In this document: one piece after another, positions 53,622 through 61,426 of the stretch
How the letters are laid out: every line of letters starts with the position of its first letter
Position numbering within the stretch: position 1 is the stretch's first letter
From: a virus
Virus record (IMG/VR): IMGVR_UViG_3300045988_091501
Span: 32,001 to 96,000 of that record
Length of the DNA: 64,000 nt
Direction: 5' to 3' (one strand)
Program-made: the position numbers and the translations under genes
Notes under the pieces: generated by a model
The model's database searches: none
The model's input: only the letters and a program-made list of their open reading frames with translations
What the model was told of the DNA's origin: nothing

Positions 53622-53650
53622 ATTATATCATATTATTTAGTTGGTGTCAA
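53622..53650 (-). promoter_or_regulatory. consensus promoter TTGACA-17-TGaTATAAT embedded in the 3' end of the ThyX-like gene
   Basis: -35 at 53650-53645, -10 at 53627-53622. The predicted start falls at the first base of the 17-nt inverted repeat arm. Confidence 0.6.
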
Positions 53651-54280
53651 GCATAATTCTTTAAAATGTGGTAAAGTCTCAATCCAGCCACAAAAGTCTT
53701 GCCACTCTGGAAGCCTATGGAATCTTCTTTGTTGATAAATCGTCTTTAACTGCTGATAATTTGTAGTCATTCTTGCAGTTAAATACATACCACATGGATT
53801 GCTATAAAGAATTTCTAAATATTTTACTTCAGCAATTTCTTGTAGCGGAAACTTATCTCCATCTTTTGCCACTTTAATCTTTTCTTGTAAGGCATTATAA
53901 TCTTCAACTTTTTCTTTAATAACATCAATACATCTTTGATCTGTATATCTAATGTATGCTTTATCTAAGTTAAACTTTGTAATCTTGTGCATTGTAGATT
54001 GACTTGATACAAAATCAATAAAATGATAACGTTCTACTTCTACTGATAATTTAGGTGTAAACTTCCAATCAAATTGAACTACAACACCCTTTAGAAAATT
54101 ATCGTGTCCAGTTCCAGTTTCAACATTTCCAAGTTGCCTTGTTCTATCAGTGATTTCATATGTGCATTTATTAGTATCAATAGCCATAGGATATTTACTT
54201 GCTTTGATTGATTCATCAATACCATATACTTTAACATCACTAATTATATTTTTGAAATCTTCTAAACAAATTTCACTCAT
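53633..54280 (-). CDS. ThyX-fold (flavin-dependent thymidylate synthase-like) protein with degenerate signature motif
   Basis: ATG 54280 (the track start at 54283 is TTG). GHDNFLKGVVVQFDWKFTPKLSVEVERYHFIDFVSSQST aligns with ThyX ([40 protein letters not shown]). TTNYQQLKTIYQQRR...EW aligns with TVNARSLMNFLNLR...WE. However, RHR-x-x-S...S-x-R is replaced by RYH-x-x-D...Q-S-T. Confidence 0.55.
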   Translation of the reverse strand: MSEICLEDFKNIISDVKVYGIDESIKASKYPMAIDTNKCTYEITDRTRQLGNVETGTGHDNFLKGVVVQFDWKFTPKLSVEVERYHFIDFVSSQSTMHKITKFNLDKAYIRYTDQRCIDVIKEKVEDYNALQEKIKVAKDGDKFPLQEIAEVKYLEILYSNPCGMYLTARMTTNYQQLKTIYQQRRFHRLPEWQDFCGWIETLPHFKELCLTPTK

Positions 54281-54405
54281 CAATCTTCCTCCACAATATC
54301 AACAATTCTACCATCATTCACAATCAATCTCTTACCATTTGCATAAAATCTCTCACAATCTTCTAATGTAATACTGTCTAAATCAATTACTTTGCTATAA
54401 TCCAT
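54280..54405 (-). CDS. small hypothetical protein (41 aa)
   Basis: TAAGGAGA SD. Hand translation: MDYSKVIDLDSITLEDCERFYANGKRLIVNDGRIVDIVEED. The TGATG junction couples it to the next gene. Confidence 0.5.
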   Translation of the reverse strand: MDYSKVIDLDSITLEDCERFYANGKRLIVNDGRIVDIVEED

Positions 54406-54414
54406 ATAATCTCC

Positions 54415-55098
54415 TTAATCAATCAATTCAATTTCATCCCAACGCCAGCACAACTGTCCATTTTCTTTATCAATAGCGTTCATATATTTCTTGTCAAATG
54501 TAACTGAAAAGTAAAACCCTCTTTCTTTCATAGTACAATCATAATTAACAATTCCTTCTTTGCCAACATATTCGTCTAAACAAATATATTTATTTTTTCT
54601 ATGTGGTTCAACATTGATAATACGAACTCTTTGACCTTCCTTAATTGTTCTTCCAATTAGACCTCTGCCTTTTGTTGCAGTCTTATTAGTAAAATCCATT
54701 CTATCAATACAATTGTCAACAGCGGTCTTGAAATTAAAATCATCATATTTTTCATAACGTGATGTGTTTGATCTAGAAACTAATTTGTTATCAATATAAT
54801 ATTTTGCATTAGTATGTTTTCCGTCTTCACAAGTAATAATCAATTTGTAATTATGCGATGAATTTAATAATTCAATCATATTGCATGTATTTTTTTCAAT
54901 ACATTCACCGTGACCATCTTTAATGCCGTGACTACTACTACCCCAACCATTTACATCATTATCCCAGTTAATTATAACATTTCTTTCATTAAGGGCAACA
55001 ACTGTACCTTTATCTCCTGCTTTAGTATCAAACCAAGTCTTTCCTGTTGCAACAATTCTGTCTCCTTCTTTTAAACTCATCAATTCTTTAAATGTCAT
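54415..55098 (-). CDS. hypothetical protein with two SH3/Tudor-like KEGD/KEGQ units
   Basis: AAAGGAGG SD. 227 aa. First coding gene after the ~0.9-kb noncoding region. Confidence 0.65.
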   Translation of the reverse strand: MTFKELMSLKEGDRIVATGKTWFDTKAGDKGTVVALNERNVIINWDNDVNGWGSSSHGIKDGHGECIEKNTCNMIELLNSSHNYKLIITCEDGKHTNAKYYIDNKLVSRSNTSRYEKYDDFNFKTAVDNCIDRMDFTNKTATKGRGLIGRTIKEGQRVRIINVEPHRKNKYICLDEYVGKEGIVNYDCTMKERGFYFSVTFDKKYMNAIDKENGQLCWRWDEIELID

Positions 55099-55281
55099 TT
55101 CTTAATCCTCCTTTAATATAATTTTGTGCGTTAAGCTCCTTTTCTATTCCGCACATGTAGTCACACCCTTACTCTACTGACTACTCACCTCATCAAATGT
55201 TTTTAAGGTATAAACATTTCAAATTAAACTTCGCTTGTTAAAGTTTTGAGTCAATTAAAAGCTACGAAAAGTTTGACTTCA

Positions 55282-55373
55282 TTCATGCAATAGGAATCGA
55301 ACCTATACCTCTCCTAGGAATTGTATGCTCTGCCTTACTTACTTGGCATCTCCTAATATTACACCATACATGA
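55282..55373 (-). ncRNA. structured RNA segment with canonical tRNA T-arm but no resolvable cloverleaf
   Basis: ATAGG-TTCGATT-CCTAT T arm (55290-55306). The flanking TGCATGA can pair with TCATGTA at 55367-55373. I could not fold the intervening 60 nt into D and anticodon arms. Confidence 0.25.
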
Positions 55374-55621
55374 ACTTTAATTATTATCTCGGTTTAATCG
55401 ACCTCACCTTAAACGGGGTTGTTCATCAACTCACATGGAACAGTTCTACCAAATTAAGCTATTGCTTGTTTAACGATACAAGCTACCTCCAACTGCCAAG
55501 TCATAACATATAGCCATGGTGCATTGTAGGACTCTAACCTACATTTCTCTTATAGCGAGCGTCTTTATTAGACTAAATACCTATATGTTTCGCACTGTCT
55601 GTGTACTTTAGACGGTGATAG

Positions 55622-55691
55622 TTGGTTAATTTGGAATTGAACCAAAATTTCCTTTATTAAAAAGGCGTACTTACGTTTATACTATTAACCA
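55622..55691 (-). ncRNA. tRNA-like element with aberrant 5-nt anticodon loop (possible pseudo-tRNA)
   Basis: Perfect acceptor TGGTTAA/TTAACCA, D arm GTAT-AAACGTAA-GTAC, T arm TTTGG-TTCAATT-CCAAA. The anticodon arm is CCTTT-TTAAT-AAAGG. Opening one pair gives a TTTAATA loop with UAA at positions 34-36 and a pyrimidine at 37. Confidence 0.35.
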
Positions 55692-55786
55692 ATTTATATA
55701 TTTATCTATAATCTTTTGAATGATTCGGCATATAAATACATTTGTACCCATTAAGTAACATTTTGTGTTTCCTTTCTTAAATAAAA

Positions 55787-55874
55787 TACGCACTCCGAGA
55801 ATCGAACTCGGCTTTACCTTGTTAGGGCTTACGATTTATAAGATCGTGGCTCTTACCTACTGAGCTAAGTGCGC
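55787..55874 (-). tRNA. tRNA with anticodon UAU (reads AUA) and an unusually long 19-nt variable region
   Basis: Minus-strand fold by hand: acceptor GCGCACT/AGTGCGT (G1-U72), D arm GCTC-AGTAGGTAA-GAGC, anticodon arm ACGAT-CTTATAA-ATCGT, variable AAGCCCTAACAAGGTAAAG, T arm CCGAG-TTCGATT-CTCGG, discriminator A. No encoded CCA. 88 nt. Confidence 0.75.
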
Positions 55875-55980
55875 ATGTGAGGTTTGTAGCTTTCACTACC
55901 ATGTTTTATTTTCGATGGGCTAGACCTCAAAGTAACCATCTAGTTAGGAGCGACCTAACAACTTCTTGCTTTATATATGT

Positions 55981-56009
55981 ATTATACCACACATATTAAC
56001 ATTTGTCAA
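55981..56009 (-). promoter_or_regulatory. consensus promoter TTGACA-17-TGgTATAAT driving the tRNA/noncoding region
   Basis: -35 at 56009-56004, -10 at 55986-55981. About 105 nt upstream of the tRNA 5' end. Confidence 0.7.
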
Positions 56010-56162
56010 CTACTTTTTTACAGAAACATGATAACCTTGACTTTCATAATTCTTCTTGGCTGTGTCCTTGTCAGAACTCTTAATAGTAACTTCAAACATC
56101 TCTACAATTCCATTGTCAAGTTCTTTTCTACAAATTAAAACGCTTCTTCCTTGCTTTTTCAT
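56010..56162 (-). CDS. small hypothetical protein (50 aa)
   Basis: GAAAGGAGA SD and promoter at 56194-56222. Hand translation: MKKQGRSVLICRKELDNGIVEMFEVTIKSSDKDTAKKNYESQGYHVSVKK. Its 3' end overlaps the -35 of the tRNA promoter. Confidence 0.55.
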   Translation of the reverse strand: MKKQGRSVLICRKELDNGIVEMFEVTIKSSDKDTAKKNYESQGYHVSVKK

Positions 56163-56193
56163 TATTCTTATCTCCTTTCTTAACTATATATGT

Positions 56194-56222
56194 ATTATAC
56201 CATATATTATATCAAAAGTCAA
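56194..56222 (-). promoter_or_regulatory. promoter TTGACT-17-TGgTATAAT
   Basis: -35 at 56222-56217, -10 at 56199-56194. Confidence 0.6.
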
Positions 56223-56692
56223 CCATTATTTTTATTAAATGGAATAAATGTTTCATAATAATTCTTGCATACATAAACATCATATTCTTCATCTTCATCA
56301 AGTTTGAACACAAATACCATAGTGTTACCACTTCCAGTAAATCTACACCAATCGTTTTCATCATTAGGGTCAAATTTTTCAATACATTCTTTTACCCACT
56401 TATTAATTGTGTCATCATCAATATGTACCCCATTATTAAACGAATAGTAATGTGTTGGAAATTCTACATTGTCTTTAGTCAGCGGAAAATAATCAGCTAA
56501 TTCATCAGCATATGTTTCTTCTCCACAACAAGGACATACTACATATCCAGCTCCATATGTTCCAACTTGAATATCATCATCTTCTACTTCAAGTTCAGAG
56601 CCACAATGCTCACAAGTAATTTTATAAGTTTTTGGTTTAGATTCGTCTTGTTTCTGTGTTACATGATTATACTTATCCTTTAATACTATCAT
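56219..56692 (-). CDS. zinc-ribbon protein
   Basis: 157 aa. CEHCGSEL...CPCCGEE. Confidence 0.65.
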   Translation of the reverse strand: MIVLKDKYNHVTQKQDESKPKTYKITCEHCGSELEVEDDDIQVGTYGAGYVVCPCCGEETYADELADYFPLTKDNVEFPTHYYSFNNGVHIDDDTINKWVKECIEKFDPNDENDWCRFTGSGNTMVFVFKLDEDEEYDVYVCKNYYETFIPFNKNNG

Positions 56693-57075
56693 TATTTTTG
56701 CTCCTTTCTTTGCTCCTTATATTGATAAATACATTCTCTTGCAATCATAGGAATGTTAGGCTTTGCTTGCATATAACAATCCCATTTTTCTAATTTATTG
56801 CAATCTTTTTCAAATGCGTCACCTACTGCAATTTCATATTCACATCTGCTCCATTCTTGCCATTGAATTATTCTTTCAATCTCTTTACATAGTCCTTCAA
56901 ATCCATATAAAGTATCTTCACCATATCTTTCATATTTATAGTTCTTAGGAGAACGTAAATATTTCTTAATAGTCTTTTCAGTGTACTCTTGAACATAACA
57001 ATTTCTAAAAATATTGAATGGTTCAATTTTATTTGTGCTTTGATTATAATTCAATACATAATATTCAAATTTCAT
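56692..57075 (-). CDS. hypothetical protein
   Basis: 127 aa. 1-nt overlap with the next gene. Confidence 0.65.
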   Translation of the reverse strand: MKFEYYVLNYNQSTNKIEPFNIFRNCYVQEYTEKTIKKYLRSPKNYKYERYGEDTLYGFEGLCKEIERIIQWQEWSRCEYEIAVGDAFEKDCNKLEKWDCYMQAKPNIPMIARECIYQYKEQRKEQK

Positions 57076-57079
57076 ATCA

Positions 57080-57883
57080 TCACCTAAGCTTTACTAAATG
57101 TTCATTTACAACAGTCCAACAATTAGGTTTAATCTTCATATCCTTAATCCACTGTTCTACACATTTGTCAATCCGATTGGCAAGTTCTAATTCTTGTTCT
57201 CTTGTAATTTCAAAACTTTCACTTACTTCTCCACACTCACCATACAAACTATCATACATAGATTCAATAATTTCTTCTTCATTACTGTCCCATGACAATA
57301 CTGGTTTTTCACAAGTTCCTACATATATTTCTTCACAAATATCTTCAACACATTCTTTAGCATCTTCAATAGTCTCTTGTTCTGTATCGAAACTACCATT
57401 ATAATATTCACCATCAGAAGACCAACAGTATTTTGTCTTATCTATTTTATCAATCCAATATGGAGGAATATCATCACAATCATCTTCATCAAGCCAACCT
57501 CCAAATTCTTGAGCAATTCCTTTCATAATTTCAACTGATTTACCATAACAACTTAAATTTAAAAATGTAGTTTCTGATTTAACCATATCTTCAAGATTAT
57601 ACTTACTATAATATTCTAAATTTTCATAAAAGTTGATATTTTTATATTCATAAAACATAGCTCTGTTTTCATTACCATCATTAAATGTAATAAATCCACT
57701 TGTTATTTTCCATTCATTACTATCATCATATTTTTCTTTAATGTCACTTAAAAACTGATTTACAGAACCATAATTTTTTTCATGAATTCCATCATTGATT
57801 AATTTATAATGCTCATCAATATAATCAACAATCTGTTCTGCTGTAATGTGTCCTTTTAATCTTAAAATTGTATCACAACCCAT
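57080..57883 (-). CDS. hypothetical, strongly acidic protein
   Basis: 267 aa. AGGAGC SD. Long D/E-rich stretches (WLDEDDCDDIPPYW, EQETIEDAKECVEDICEE, DSNEEEIIESMYD). Confidence 0.65.
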   Translation of the reverse strand: MGCDTILRLKGHITAEQIVDYIDEHYKLINDGIHEKNYGSVNQFLSDIKEKYDDSNEWKITSGFITFNDGNENRAMFYEYKNINFYENLEYYSKYNLEDMVKSETTFLNLSCYGKSVEIMKGIAQEFGGWLDEDDCDDIPPYWIDKIDKTKYCWSSDGEYYNGSFDTEQETIEDAKECVEDICEEIYVGTCEKPVLSWDSNEEEIIESMYDSLYGECGEVSESFEITREQELELANRIDKCVEQWIKDMKIKPNCWTVVNEHLVKLR

Positions 57884-57893
57884 AATCTCGCTC

Positions 57894-58115
57894 CTATTCT
57901 ACAACCAATTTAACATCCCCAATAACAGGTTCAATATCATATGAATTAACATCTTTGTAATATTGATCTTCTTCTAAATCATATAGAATTGGATTTTCTC
58001 CATCAATATCTGTTAAATAAATTCCATAATAACATGGCATTAATCCTTTATTATTGTATTTTACAAGTATTCCACTTTTAATTTTTTCTGTTTTTGTATT
58101 AAATTCTACTTCCAT
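57894..58115 (-). CDS. hypothetical protein
   Basis: 73 aa. Co-oriented and packed with its neighbours. Confidence 0.6.
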   Translation of the reverse strand: MEVEFNTKTEKIKSGILVKYNNKGLMPCYYGIYLTDIDGENPILYDLEEDQYYKDVNSYDIEPVIGDVKLVVE

Positions 58116-58127
58116 ATCTGCTCCTTT

Positions 58128-59813
58128 CTAAAACAAATCATCTTTACAAGGTCTATTATAACATGAAATTTCATATTTGTCAATAATTATTTGATAAGTT
58201 TTTTTACCATTCCATTCATTTATGTTTAATTCACCTACACAATCCATCTTTAGCTTAGTTTTGCTTGGTTCATTTACAAACACATCATTTTCATAATAAC
58301 CTAATTGTAAATTTCCCTTGTCTTTTTTTAGACAGTTAAAAATAACAACATCAACACCTTCTTTATGTAACTTTAATGTGCGTTTATTCTTACCAATAAT
58401 CTGCCATTCTGAAGGAGTAAATACAATATTAGTAATGTGCCACAAAGGTTTTTCTAAGCCTTTGCCCCACAACACACTGTAAGGTTCAAATAGACCAAAT
58501 AATCTTGCAGGTATAGATTTTATTGAATAAGACTTTAGAACGTCTATATGGGGCGTATATGAAAGTTCAAAGGTATTGTAGTAGTCTACAAGTGCTTGAA
58601 TGTTATCAACTTGAATTTGAACACCGCAAGAATCTTCGTGACCACTAGCCCAATCAACTAATTCATTATTATCCAAATCTTCCCTTAATGGAATAGGACT
58701 TCTTAATGAACCAATCATTATATCACCTTTAATAGATCCGACTATTGTAGGCTTGTTATCACATAATGTCTTAATCTTGCCAGCCAACAATCCACTATAA
58801 GAACGTGGTACATCATCACTTGCAAATACAATCAAATTGTTCTGTCCACAAGACAATATCGTGTCTATATTGTTCTGAACCACATCGTTCACAATCTTAA
58901 TCTGATTTTGATGTGATTGCTCTACCATATCTAATGTTTCATTTATATCACATTGACCGATAAAAGCAAGAATAAGCTGTTGTTTTAATTCTATATCGTT
59001 ACAACGACATACACTATTTATTTTAGGAATAATCTTAAAACCAAGGTCACGTTGAGTATAATCGCTACCGATAAACCTATCAATCATAGCACCAAGAAAT
59101 TCATTATTTACACAATCTCTTGTTTCAAGTCCGAAATGATAATACTCTCTATTCTCCATTTCTGACATAATCATACTATCAGATACAAGACTTAATGCTA
59201 CTAAGTCTATGAAATATCCCGACCAATCTAAGCCGAGTTGATTGTCTAATCCTTGTAAGAATTTATGTGTGACTAAAGCACCGCTACCATTTCTTGATAC
59301 ATTATATCTCAGGTCTTGATTATTTATAAGACACCCTTTACCAATTGGTGTAACTATGTCATGGTGGTCTAAAACAATAAGCCCAATACCAAGTCCACAC
59401 AATTCGTCTGCTTGTTCACAATTATTTGTTCCAGCATCAGGAATAATCACAAGGTCAGGTCTTTCTTGTCTAATTCTGTCCATAATATCTTCATCATCAA
59501 GTCCACGTTGTTTACCGCTATGAATAAGAATCTTAATAGTCCACTTGTCACTTAATTTCATAAGATATTGATATAAAATTACAGTAGAACATATGCCATC
59601 TCCATCACCATCTTGAATAATAAACAATGTACTATCTAATTTAGACCAATATTCAATTTCTTGACAAGCATATGGAATATCTTCATATTTCCACCATTCA
59701 TCAAGATATTTGCCAGTGGGATTAAGATATTCTTTCGTATCTTTAACCCCACATTTTTCTAAATACGACTCTACTGTTATAGGCTCATTGCCATATAATT
59801 CATTTACTTGCAT
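58128..59813 (-). CDS. DHH-family phosphoesterase (RecJ-like exonuclease candidate)
   Basis: IIQDGDGDGICS (DHH motif I), VIIPDAG, IVLDHHD (DHH motif). 561 aa. Confidence 0.75.
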   Translation of the reverse strand: MQVNELYGNEPITVESYLEKCGVKDTKEYLNPTGKYLDEWWKYEDIPYACQEIEYWSKLDSTLFIIQDGDGDGICSTVILYQYLMKLSDKWTIKILIHSGKQRGLDDEDIMDRIRQERPDLVIIPDAGTNNCEQADELCGLGIGLIVLDHHDIVTPIGKGCLINNQDLRYNVSRNGSGALVTHKFLQGLDNQLGLDWSGYFIDLVALSLVSDSMIMSEMENREYYHFGLETRDCVNNEFLGAMIDRFIGSDYTQRDLGFKIIPKINSVCRCNDIELKQQLILAFIGQCDINETLDMVEQSHQNQIKIVNDVVQNNIDTILSCGQNNLIVFASDDVPRSYSGLLAGKIKTLCDNKPTIVGSIKGDIMIGSLRSPIPLREDLDNNELVDWASGHEDSCGVQIQVDNIQALVDYYNTFELSYTPHIDVLKSYSIKSIPARLFGLFEPYSVLWGKGLEKPLWHITNIVFTPSEWQIIGKNKRTLKLHKEGVDVVIFNCLKKDKGNLQLGYYENDVFVNEPSKTKLKMDCVGELNINEWNGKKTYQIIIDKYEISCYNRPCKDDLF

Positions 59814-60139
59814 GGTAATTCTCTTACTCTTCTAATAATGTCACAAATTCCTCTGTGATTAAAAGCTCCATAAAGAATATTTAACACATCGTCTTTACTT
59901 ATCAGTTCTTCATTATAATCATCTTTTAACTCAGTAAGTTCTAATGAGTTTTCCATATAGTAAAACCCACCGATATATCCATCTCCTAAATCAACAAGAT
60001 AACCGTTTACACCTTCATCATCAGAAAGGTCTACAATTGTTCCAATTCTATCAATATTATTTACCATGCCATCATCAGACCATTCATCCATATTTAAGAT
60101 TTTAACCTTATCTCCAACTTTAAACTTATAATCACTCAT
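59804..60139 (-). CDS. hypothetical protein (SH3-like KVGDKVKI unit)
   Basis: ATG 60139 lies 9 nt after GGAGG and overlaps the upstream TGA (the track start at 60145 is TTG, too close to the SD). Confidence 0.6.
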   Translation of the reverse strand: MSDYKFKVGDKVKILNMDEWSDDGMVNNIDRIGTIVDLSDDEGVNGYLVDLGDGYIGGFYYMENSLELTELKDDYNEELISKDDVLNILYGAFNHRGICDIIRRVRELPCK

Positions 60140-60704
60140 TATCAATTACCTCCACTTCATATCCTAATGCTTCGCTAATTTGTGCTAATGTCATCTTCTT
60201 AGGCTCTTTACGTTCCCAAATACAAGTAAGATAAATGTTGTCAAACAAATCTTCTAACGAATAAGCCTTGGATTCATAAATTTTCATAATGTCATAATCT
60301 TCTACATAATATCCATTTTCATTTAATTTTTCATCATATGTTGCTTTAAACCAACCATCAAAATTAGAACAAATTAGTCCATCACTTCTCTTTCTTAATA
60401 AATATCTATTTCCGTTTCTACACTCAACAATCATACCTTCTTTTAGCTCCATTTTATTATCCTCCTTATATTCTACAACTGTTACTTCATTTGGCTTACT
60501 AACCACATCTCCGTAATATAAGTGCCTCCCACTATAAACATAATAATTTCTTTTGTTTTCTTTCCAATAAGTAGTGTTCTCATCACCATAGCACCATTTA
60601 ATCCCACGTTTGTAACACTCTTTTATAAATTCTTCTGCTTTTCCTTCTGTTTTGCAATGCACTGCAATCTTGCTATTTTTAAAATCTTCCCAATTAAATT
60701 CCAT
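60132..60704 (-). CDS. hypothetical protein
   Basis: 190 aa. Co-oriented and packed with its neighbours. Confidence 0.65.
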   Translation of the reverse strand: MEFNWEDFKNSKIAVHCKTEGKAEEFIKECYKRGIKWCYGDENTTYWKENKRNYYVYSGRHLYYGDVVSKPNEVTVVEYKEDNKMELKEGMIVECRNGNRYLLRKRSDGLICSNFDGWFKATYDEKLNENGYYVEDYDIMKIYESKAYSLEDLFDNIYLTCIWERKEPKKMTLAQISEALGYEVEVIDNE

Positions 60705-60706
60705 TT

Positions 60707-61075
60707 CTATTCCTCCTTTTCTTCTAACAAATCAATAATTACACTTGTTTTAAATACATATGTTTCATTATTCTTATATTTAGATTTTTTTGATAAATCA
60801 GAAATCGACTTCAAAGATTGTAATTCTTCCTTAACAATCCTTCTTTGTTCACTGATTTCTTTTAATTTTTTCATTAGTTTTGCACTAATAATTGCGTCAC
60901 ATTTCTTCATTTCAATATAGTGCAAAATATCCTCTCTTTGCAAATCATATTCAGATTGTAATTTTGCAAGTTCTGACTTTCTTTTGTTTACTTTATCAAG
61001 AAAATTATTATATTCTAAAATCCATTCAGCACCTTTGCAAGAATGTTCTTTTTCTTGTAAAATTTTATTGTTCAT
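60707..61075 (-). CDS. hypothetical coiled-coil protein
   Basis: 122 aa. GGAGGT SD and promoter at 61100-61128. Confidence 0.65.
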   Translation of the reverse strand: MNNKILQEKEHSCKGAEWILEYNNFLDKVNKRKSELAKLQSEYDLQREDILHYIEMKKCDAIISAKLMKKLKEISEQRRIVKEELQSLKSISDLSKKSKYKNNETYVFKTSVIIDLLEEKEE

Positions 61076-61099
61076 ATTCTACCTCCATTTGATATATGT

Positions 61100-61128
61100 A
61101 TTATACCATATCAATCAATATTTGTCAA
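61100..61128 (-). promoter_or_regulatory. consensus promoter TTGACA-17-TGgTATAAT
   Basis: -35 at 61128-61123, -10 at 61105-61100. Confidence 0.65.
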
Positions 61129-61368
61129 TGCCAATTTCAAATTATTTAATCTTTCTTGTTCTTTTTTAACTTTTTCTTCTTGTTTCCTAATGATGTTTTT
61201 CAGTAATTTTTTCTTGTAATATTCTTCTTTTTCTTTTGAACAATAATAACATTCACCAGATTTCTCTTTAATAGTACAATATAAATGTTGAGTAGCATAA
61301 TTACAATTTAAATCTTTAATCTCCCAAGTTCCATCATAATATACAATTACTGCTGACATTTCTTTCAT
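61111..61368 (-). CDS. hypothetical protein
   Basis: 85 aa. AGGGAGA SD and promoter at 61398-61426. Confidence 0.6.
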   Translation of the reverse strand: MKEMSAVIVYYDGTWEIKDLNCNYATQHLYCTIKEKSGECYYCSKEKEEYYKKKLLKNIIRKQEEKVKKEQERLNNLKLALTNID

Positions 61369-61397
61369 AATTTATTCTCCCTTCATTTGATAAACCA

Positions 61398-61426
61398 ATT
61401 ATAACATAAAAATCCAGTCTTGTCAA
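61398..61426 (-). promoter_or_regulatory. consensus promoter TTGACA-17-TGtTATAAT
   Basis: -35 at 61426-61421 (in the loop of terminator 61408-61436), -10 at 61403-61398. Confidence 0.65.

Noticed and set aside
53577-53735. A plus-strand 52-aa ORF with a GGAGG SD inside the structured leader, running antisense into the ThyX-like gene.
   Set aside because: It is antisense to a supported gene and to the local promoter. Its translation is unremarkable. The GGAGG is better explained as the complement of the anti-SD tract in the minus-strand leader.
55325-55513. A 62-aa plus-strand ORF in the noncoding region, and the 60-aa plus-strand ORF at 56056-56238.
   Set aside because: Both are opposite to the local direction of transcription, have no SD, and overlap tRNA-like structures or a minus-strand small gene together with its promoter.
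55282-55700. A tRNA gene split by a group I intron, suggested by separated D-arm-like and T-arm elements and the GCAATAG/CTATTGC pairing.
   Set aside because: I could not assemble consistent exons. The acceptor pairing conflicts with the T-arm register. I also could not identify group I core elements (P3-P8, the G-binding site) by eye. It is kept only as an open question in the noncoding-region finding.
55622-55874. Suppressor tRNA or stop-codon recoding, as in some gut phages.
   Set aside because: All three stop codons terminate well-supported genes in this window: TGA at 903, TAA at 1695 and TAG at 3506. The clear tRNA has anticodon UAU rather than a stop anticodon. The UAA/UUA reading of the aberrant element depends on an unlikely loop register.
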